Shown piece after piece: positions 57,694-64,000 of a stretch of DNA of 64,000 nucleotides; position 1 is the stretch's first letter; each line of letters opens with the position of its first letter. The notes beneath the pieces were generated by a model. It saw only the letters and a list, made by a program, of their open reading frames with translations. It did not search any database and was not told the DNA's origin. This DNA is from Promethearchaeota archaeon. Its GTDB lineage: Archaea; Asgardarchaeota; Lokiarchaeia; Sigyniarchaeales; SOKP01. The position numbers were made by a program, and so were the translations under genes. Where the stretch lies: contig JBHLNS010000011.1 in assembly GCA_048941285.1 (NCBI GenBank), positions 1 to 64,000 of the forward strand, in the 5' to 3' direction.

Positions 57694-59346
57694 TCACTCA
57701 ATTTTATTCAATTTTTTAATTCCCAAGTAAATCATTAATGAAGCTATTATCCCAGATATTCCTAGATTGAATAATAAGATATAGATTATGCCAATTGAAG
57801 CTGCGTTGGAAGAGGATAAATTTGGCATAACAATAAAAAGGGTTAAAAGCAATGAGAAAACTTGAACTATAAGAATAAGATAAATATGAAAAAAAATATC
57901 TTTACCTCGTTCCTCAAATAAAGGTTTAATACACTGAATTGCTATTGCTTGTAAAAGAATTTCTCCACTATATATCATAAACGCAAGGAAAAAAACTAAA
58001 ATTAATATGAAATTAATTTGAAAAAGAAAAGCGAAAAATATTGATAAACCTATATCCAAGATGATTATTAATACAAATAATACATATAAATAAGAAAACA
58101 CTAGAGAATTGATTCCTCGAGGGGATTTCTTATAAATAAAAAGTAATTCTTTTGATTGAATGAGAATTGAAATTCCTATTAAAATACTAAAAATCAGGGC
58201 GCCTATCCAAGCTATTACCAATACTAACAAAAGCTTATGTTGAAGGATTTCTAAAATCAAACTTATACCTAATGGATTATCTTCAAGAATTATAGTAGAT
58301 TGATTTAATGAAGCAGATAGAAAAACACCAACAAATCCGATAAAAACAGTACTATAAATTAGTTTAGCATAATTCTCCTTTTTTCTTAGAAAATCTTTAA
58401 AATGAATAGTCACCAATCCTTTCCATTTACTGGGAGTAATTATTGATATAAAATGGTAAAATTTTTTTTCTTTATTGATGATTTTAGATTTCTTTTCAAT
58501 AGATCTCTCTAAATTATAAAAAATATTAGCTTTTTTATAAGAAATATAGAACAATAATAGAGGGATAATAATTGCAAGGCCGAGATTTAGCCAGATATTT
58601 AGAATATATGGAGATACTAAAGTGGGGTTTATAATATATAAGGTTATATTAGAATACCAATAAGATGGAAAAAATAACATCCAAATCTTGAAATTTGGAT
58701 AATTTGAGATAAATTCAAATAGAAAATGGAAAATATAAAAAATGGAGATTACGATAAAAGATAAAATTACAAATACCCAGTTATTGAGCTCTCGTACTTT
58801 TTTACTTTTATATATCCTGTTTTCAATCCAATTAGATAAAATTGTACCCACTAATAGGGCAAACATCGAGAGTGTGAAAGTAATAACATAAAATCCTATA
58901 TAATGAAAGAAACCTATTTCAGAGTTTATCTGTCTCAACAAGCTTGTACCTAATGGACCAATTCCTAATAAAAATAAGAAATAAAAAGGTAATTGACCAA
59001 TAAATTCCCCAGTGAAAAAATCTCCCGGTTTTATTGGGGAAGCAATGATAGTATCTTTTATACCAATTTCACTTTTTCTATATAAAATGAATAAGGGATA
59101 GATTGTATACATTACAAATAGCATCATAAATGAATATTCTAAAATGAGACTTATTAGTACTTCAAATTGGGTAGTGTAAAGCTTTAAAAGCTCAGGTAAT
59201 ATCTCATCGAATATTATAGGGCCAATAAAAGCTGCCCAAAGTATCAAAATTGTATAAATTAAAATAAAGAATAATCTACGATTTCTTCTTACTCGAAAAG
59301 TCTTTAAGCGAATCTCATTTTTTGCTATAATTTTCCAAAGACTCAT
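57694..59346 (-). CDS. Large polytopic membrane protein, ABC-exporter permease-like
   Basis: Two halves each beginning with a K(N/D)(E/F)..R motif; ASPI and KSP motifs; about 14 TM. Confidence 0.65.
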   Translation of the reverse strand: MSLWKIIAKNEIRLKTFRVRRNRRLFFILIYTILILWAAFIGPIIFDEILPELLKLYTTQFEVLISLILEYSFMMLFVMYTIYPLFILYRKSEIGIKDTIIASPIKPGDFFTGEFIGQLPFYFLFLLGIGPLGTSLLRQINSEIGFFHYIGFYVITFTLSMFALLVGTILSNWIENRIYKSKKVRELNNWVFVILSFIVISIFYIFHFLFEFISNYPNFKIWMLFFPSYWYSNITLYIINPTLVSPYILNIWLNLGLAIIIPLLLFYISYKKANIFYNLERSIEKKSKIINKEKKFYHFISIITPSKWKGLVTIHFKDFLRKKENYAKLIYSTVFIGFVGVFLSASLNQSTIILEDNPLGISLILEILQHKLLLVLVIAWIGALIFSILIGISILIQSKELLFIYKKSPRGINSLVFSYLYVLFVLIIILDIGLSIFFAFLFQINFILILVFFLAFMIYSGEILLQAIAIQCIKPLFEERGKDIFFHIYLILIVQVFSLLLTLFIVMPNLSSSNAASIGIIYILLFNLGISGIIASLMIYLGIKKLNKIE

Positions 59347-59746
59347 TCAAAATTTTCTCTTTTTTGATTTTTCTATAATTTTAAATTAAATAATGATTAA
59401 GAATAATTTTTTTTAAATAAATTTGTCTAACAAGATGGGAATCGAATAAATCAAATTTGCTTTGTTCAGTTTTATTTGAGAAATATTGTTTAAAACTACT
59501 TATTTAAGGAACTAAAACACAAAAAAGATAGTAATCCTTAATAACATTAGATTTTTATCAAAATAATAATAAAAATCAAATTATAAATTTCATAAATTTA
59601 GGTACAACTAAATATATAAATAAGAAAATATTTAGTAATCTTAAATAGAGATCGACAAATTTTAATTAAAATACCGCCTTAAAATATTAACAAAAGATGG
59701 CTCAAAATCAAATTTCTGAAACAATGGATTCTGATGAGGATGACAT

Positions 59747-60301
59747 ATGGAGAATCAAGACTCTAAAGGTAAAATTGTTAAGGAAACATTCCCATCAGAA
59801 CTTATATCAATTATTGGAGATATCCTCGCAGGGATAATACTTTCTCTATTAATTTTGCCATTTAATAGTTTTCCTGTTTTAATTTTAATGGTTCCAGCAC
59901 TTCTCTCTCTAAGAGGTAATTTAAGTGGACCATTTATAGCAAGAACTTCTCGTGATTTGATTATAGGTGATTTTACTAAGAGAAACTGGATTGAAAACGT
60001 ATTAGCGACTTATACTCTATCAATATTCACAGCGATATTCATAGGGATATTTTCTATAATTCTAAATTTTATATTATTCAAGTTATTTATTCTCCCTATT
60101 GCGTATTTTGTTCTGATCCCTCTAATTTCAATTGTATTAACTTTATTTATTTCTATCCCTTGCTCAACTGGTTTAAACTATTTAGCTTTCAGAAAAGGAT
60201 TAAACCCAAATAACGTAGTAAATCCTATTATGACAGCAATTGATGATTTTTCTACCGTCTTTTGTTTCCTTTTAACCATTACAATGCTGGGGGTGCCTTA
60301 G
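59747..60301 (+). CDS. MgtE/SLC41 integral membrane domain protein, half 1
   Basis: PALLSLRGN, GLNPNNVVNPIMTAIDD. Confidence 0.85.
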   Translation: MENQDSKGKIVKETFPSELISIIGDILAGIILSLLILPFNSFPVLILMVPALLSLRGNLSGPFIARTSRDLIIGDFTKRNWIENVLATYTLSIFTAIFIGIFSIILNFILFKLFILPIAYFVLIPLISIVLTLFISIPCSTGLNYLAFRKGLNPNNVVNPIMTAIDDFSTVFCFLLTITMLGVP

Positions 60302-60853
60302 ATGAAGTATTATAAGAAAATTTTCAAAGAATCAATCATTATTGTAATTATTTCTTCTCTAATGGGTTTAATTTCTGGCTCACTTCTATCGTTTAATCAA
60401 GATCTATTATACACAATTCCTATGATGCTCTTAATAATTCCTGCATTAAATTCTTTGATAGGTGATATGTCAACAGTTTTAGTCTCAAGATTAACTACAC
60501 ATCTTTATATTGGTACATTACCTCCAAAGATTCAAAAATCTAAAAGATTGATAGAAGATTTTTATGGTTTAATCATAACTCTATTATTAAGCTTGGCATC
60601 TCTACTGTTTATAGGATATTTTGTTGGCATAATTACAGGAATCAGAATTGTAAATCCTCTTTTAATGATTTTTATAATTTTTATTACAATTGTATTAATC
60701 TTTTTCATAATGTTCGTTACATTATTTTTAGGGGCTATATTCTTATTTAAGCGAGGTAAAGATCCTAACAATTTCCTAATTCCATTTGTTACCTCTTTAG
60801 CTGATTTTCTAACGCCTTTTTTCTTAATTCTATTTATAATAATATTTTTATAG
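60302..60853 (+). CDS. MgtE/SLC41 integral membrane domain protein, half 2
   Basis: PALNSLIGD, GKDPNNFLIPFVTSLAD. Confidence 0.85.
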   Translation: MKYYKKIFKESIIIVIISSLMGLISGSLLSFNQDLLYTIPMMLLIIPALNSLIGDMSTVLVSRLTTHLYIGTLPPKIQKSKRLIEDFYGLIITLLLSLASLLFIGYFVGIITGIRIVNPLLMIFIIFITIVLIFFIMFVTLFLGAIFLFKRGKDPNNFLIPFVTSLADFLTPFFLILFIIIFL

Positions 60854-60890
60854 CATCAAATTTATATGAAAAATGAGTGATTAAAACAAA

Positions 60891-62138
60891 ATGACTAAAC
60901 CTAGTAAAAAATTTAAGTATAAACCCCTTTCCCTTAAAGATATAATACGGGAAATGAAACAAAACATTGATTTAATGATAGATCTAGCTTATAGTGCGAT
61001 TAAATTTGGAAGTAAAGAACTTGCCGATGAAGCATATAAAATGGAACAGAGAGTTCATGAACTTACATTTCTTCTCAATTTTCAAATTATTCAAGCACAT
61101 CCAAGTGGATTAGATGGAGCAAAAAAGCTAGAACCTATTGTAGTTATGGGATATGCTATTGATAAAATATCAGATGCTTTATCGGATATTGCAAGAGTTG
61201 TTTATATTAATACTGATATCTCCTATTTTTCTCAATTGTTTAGTGATATTAGTTATGTGCCCGAACCGATAGTTAAAATAACTGTGAATAAAGGGTGTGA
61301 ATTTATTGGGCAGGTTAGAAAAGATGTGCATTTTAGATCTAAACATGGAGTCGATTTAATTGCAATACGAAGAGGAGATAAATGGCTTTTTGAAAGAGAC
61401 GTATCAGTATTGCAAGACGATATTTTAATTGTTAAGGGAGAGATTCAACCAATTATAGACTTGAAAAAATTAGCAAATGATTTGGGACCTTTTTCATTTG
61501 ATATTGAAGAAAAGGAGAAAGAACCGTTATTGGATCTGGAAAATATAGAAATTTGTGAAAAAGTTGAGGAAATTCAAAGAGATTATGTTTTAATAACAGA
61601 TATTTCAGAAACTATGATTGAATTAGCATTAGCAGCATTATTCTTTAATAATGAAGAGGTAGCAGAAGATGTATTAGAAATGGAGGAATTGATGGATGGC
61701 TTAAATATATCACTAGAAAAAGATCTTTTGGATTTAGCGAAACTGGTTGAAGCACCTCGAGATCTCACAGGAATAATGAGAATCGTTTTTAGTTGCGAAT
61801 TAATAGCAGATGCGGCTGCTCATATTGCAGAAATAATCATTAAAGGATTTGAACCACATGAAGTTTTACAACAGGCTATTCGAGAAACTGCAGAAATAGT
61901 AGTACGGGAAACATTATCTGAAGATTCTTATTTTAAGGGAAAGACATATAAAGAATTACAAGATAGAAGATATAAACGAGGATTTCATATTATTGCTCTA
62001 AAACGGGAAGATAAATGGATTTATCGATTTAAACAAGATTTCATTTTTGAAGTGAATGATTTACTAATAGGTTTAGGACCTGTCGAGACGGTTATGCAAT
62101 GGAAGAGATGTGTGAATCCCGAAAAATATAAAGAATAA
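60891..62138 (+). CDS. Tandem PhoU + TrkA-C (RCK_C) domain protein
   Basis: MIDLAYSA..E, LIAIRRGDKW, MIELALAA, IIALKREDKW. Confidence 0.85.
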   Translation: MTKPSKKFKYKPLSLKDIIREMKQNIDLMIDLAYSAIKFGSKELADEAYKMEQRVHELTFLLNFQIIQAHPSGLDGAKKLEPIVVMGYAIDKISDALSDIARVVYINTDISYFSQLFSDISYVPEPIVKITVNKGCEFIGQVRKDVHFRSKHGVDLIAIRRGDKWLFERDVSVLQDDILIVKGEIQPIIDLKKLANDLGPFSFDIEEKEKEPLLDLENIEICEKVEEIQRDYVLITDISETMIELALAALFFNNEEVAEDVLEMEELMDGLNISLEKDLLDLAKLVEAPRDLTGIMRIVFSCELIADAAAHIAEIIIKGFEPHEVLQQAIRETAEIVVRETLSEDSYFKGKTYKELQDRRYKRGFHIIALKREDKWIYRFKQDFIFEVNDLLIGLGPVETVMQWKRCVNPEKYKE

Positions 62139-62171
62139 ATAAAACAATAATAAGGGCGTATAAATGAATTT

Positions 62172-62567
62172 ATGAATGAATTATTAGAAGTTAGGTATAT
62201 TTCTGAGAAGAAGGGCAGAGGAGTTTTTGCGAAAAAGTATATTAAAAAAGATACGGTAATAGATATTGCCTATGTCGTCCCAATTCCAAATAAAGATTAC
62301 AATAAGATTAGGAAAACAATTTTATATAATTATTGTTATATTTGGGAAGATCCAGAACATATGCCTGCATTTCGAAATGCTATAACTCTTAGTATAAGTC
62401 AATTTATTAACCATTCATTTGAACCAAATGTTAAATATCTCTATGATTATGAAAATAAAGCAATTGAATTTTCTGCTGTCAGAGATATATCAAAAGGAGA
62501 AGAAATTTTAGTAAATTATAACGGAATTGTAGAGGATAAAAGTCCTATGTGGTTTGAAGTAGAATAA
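62172..62567 (+). CDS. SET domain protein-lysine methyltransferase, copy 1
   Basis: KGRGVFA, INHSFEPN, RDISKGEEILVNY. Confidence 0.92.
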   Translation: MNELLEVRYISEKKGRGVFAKKYIKKDTVIDIAYVVPIPNKDYNKIRKTILYNYCYIWEDPEHMPAFRNAITLSISQFINHSFEPNVKYLYDYENKAIEFSAVRDISKGEEILVNYNGIVEDKSPMWFEVE

Positions 62568-62671
62568 TTGATATTATAATACATACCCTTCATAGTTCAT
62601 CTTTTTATTAAGAATCAAGAAAACATCTCAATTTAAATATTTAATTTGATAATCTAATAATTATTCATAAG

Positions 62672-63079
62672 GTGAATTCTGCGAATAATTTATTAGAAGT
62701 TAAATTCATTTCTACAAAAAAAGGAAAAGGAGTTTTTGCTACAAGGAATATAGGAAAAGGACAGACAATCGAAGTTGCTCATATCATTCTTATTTCTAAA
62801 AATGATTGGGAATTAATTAAAGATACAGCCTTATCTAATTATTCCTTTGAATGGGATGATCCTAAATGTAAGGGTATATATGATTCTGCGATTTCATTCA
62901 GTATTAGTCAGTTCATAAATCATTCTTATAAACCTAATACTAAATATCGTTATAATCATGAAAATAATTTAATTGAATATATTACTATTCGAAAGATTTC
63001 TAAAGGAGAAGAAATTACTGTAAATTATAATGGAAATCCCTCCAATAAATCCTCTGTATGGTTTGAGGTTGAAGAATGA
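62672..63079 (+). CDS. SET domain protein-lysine methyltransferase, copy 2
   Basis: KGKGVFA, INHSYKPN, RKISKGEEITVNY. Confidence 0.92.
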   Translation: MNSANNLLEVKFISTKKGKGVFATRNIGKGQTIEVAHIILISKNDWELIKDTALSNYSFEWDDPKCKGIYDSAISFSISQFINHSYKPNTKYRYNHENNLIEYITIRKISKGEEITVNYNGNPSNKSSVWFEVEE

Positions 63080-63961
63080 TCATTTTTTCCTTAAAGATTT
63101 CAGTATTTTTAAATTCAAAATATCGTCTTTCATATCTTTACCTTTTGGAGTCTCTAGTATTCCGGGTATATCTTTAAATCTTTGATCATTGATAAAAAAA
63201 CCAAATGGAATTTTTCCTATTTTTCCTTGACCAATATGGTTATGCCTATCTACTCTTGACCCACATTCCTTATCGGTGTCATTTAAATGAAAAGCAAATA
63301 GATATTTTAAACCTATAGTATCATCAAATTCATCCCACATTACTTCATATCCTTTCTTGGTGGTAAAATCATAACCTGCTGCGAAAGAATGAGCGGTGTC
63401 GAAACAAACACCAATCCGACTCTTGTTTTCTATTTTATCAATTATGGTTTTAAAATGATGAAATTTATTACCTAAACCCTTACCTTGACCCGCTGTTGTT
63501 TCAAGCAATATTATAGCTTTTGAAGACTGTGTTGCTTCTATCAGTTTGTTTAATTGTTCAGCAATTTGGGTAAATGCTTCTAATTTTGTAATTTCGTTTT
63601 TATCACTAACAGGGATTACTCCAGGGTGCATATTCTCATATTCTATTTGTAATTGATTTACTTTGATAAGCTCGTCTAGCATTGCTTCATATGATTTTTC
63701 TAATTTTTCTTTATCTAAACTTGCTAAATTTACTAAATAACTATTATGGGAAATTACTGGCCATATTTCATCTCTTAATTCTTCTTTTTTCTTTATAAAT
63801 TCATCAATTTCTTCTTGCTTTAAAGCTCCAGAACTCCAACCACGCACATTTCTAATAAAAACTTGAATTGCTTCACAGCCTAATTGTCTGCCAATCTCAA
63901 AAGCCATGTACTTACCTCCAGAAACGCTCATGTGAGCACCAATTCTCAATAAAATCACCAA
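63080..63961 (-). CDS. nfo: Endonuclease IV (AP endonuclease)
   Basis: GAHMS, HNSYLVNL, HPG, LLETTAGQG, CFDTAH, HLND, DRH, LETP. Confidence 0.95.
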   Translation of the reverse strand: MVILLRIGAHMSVSGGKYMAFEIGRQLGCEAIQVFIRNVRGWSSGALKQEEIDEFIKKKEELRDEIWPVISHNSYLVNLASLDKEKLEKSYEAMLDELIKVNQLQIEYENMHPGVIPVSDKNEITKLEAFTQIAEQLNKLIEATQSSKAIILLETTAGQGKGLGNKFHHFKTIIDKIENKSRIGVCFDTAHSFAAGYDFTTKKGYEVMWDEFDDTIGLKYLFAFHLNDTDKECGSRVDRHNHIGQGKIGKIPFGFFINDQRFKDIPGILETPKGKDMKDDILNLKILKSLRKK

Positions 63962-64000
63962 CTCAAATTTTATTATTTCAAATGTTAATCAAATTTCTAT

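Noticed and set aside
59697-59837. 46-aa ORF overlapping the MgtE start, containing CTGATGAG (hammerhead-like core at 59731)
   Set aside because: No GAAA core or closing stems; GAGGATGA serves as the SD of 59747; the ORF is out of frame and unsupported
5596-61768. Numerous 60-100-aa ORFs nested in or antisense to long genes (e.g. 5596, 5696, 8330, 15839, 25085, 37994, 42106, 46073, 51931, 61583)
   Set aside because: Fully overlap well-supported CDSs and carry no recognisable motifs
1-64000. tRNA, rRNA, CRISPR arrays, transposases, integrases
   Set aside because: No GC-rich cloverleaf or rRNA-like tract, regular repeat-spacer array or recombinase motif seen by eye

Overview
AT-rich (roughly 28% GC by eye), gene-dense archaeal DNA. 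The gene content points to an Asgard archaeon of the Lokiarchaeia/Promethearchaeota type (inference): an actin-family protein, longin and longin-small-GTPase proteins, a RING finger, a Loki-CTERM-like anchor, a multi-PAS kinase and oligo-T terminators. About 70 CDSs; no rRNA, tRNA, CRISPR array or mobile element was seen. Main highlights: (1) a divergent actin-related gene lying directly downstream of a gene for a coiled-coil / Gly-Pro-Pro-rich / WH2- or EVH2-like protein, a candidate archaeal actin-regulator module; (2) a cluster of longin, HEAT/coiled-coil and longin-GTPase genes; (3) a three-member family of ~70-aa proteins, two of which the ORF track misses; (4) several genes that seem to need non-canonical start codons (ATT/CTG/ACG); (5) a split membrane/left-handed beta-helix module resembling the terminal part of poly-amino-acid synthetases; (6) a divergent RHH / cyclin-fold gene pair separated by a perfect 14-bp inverted repeat. 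All family calls come from motif recognition by eye; no database searches were run.
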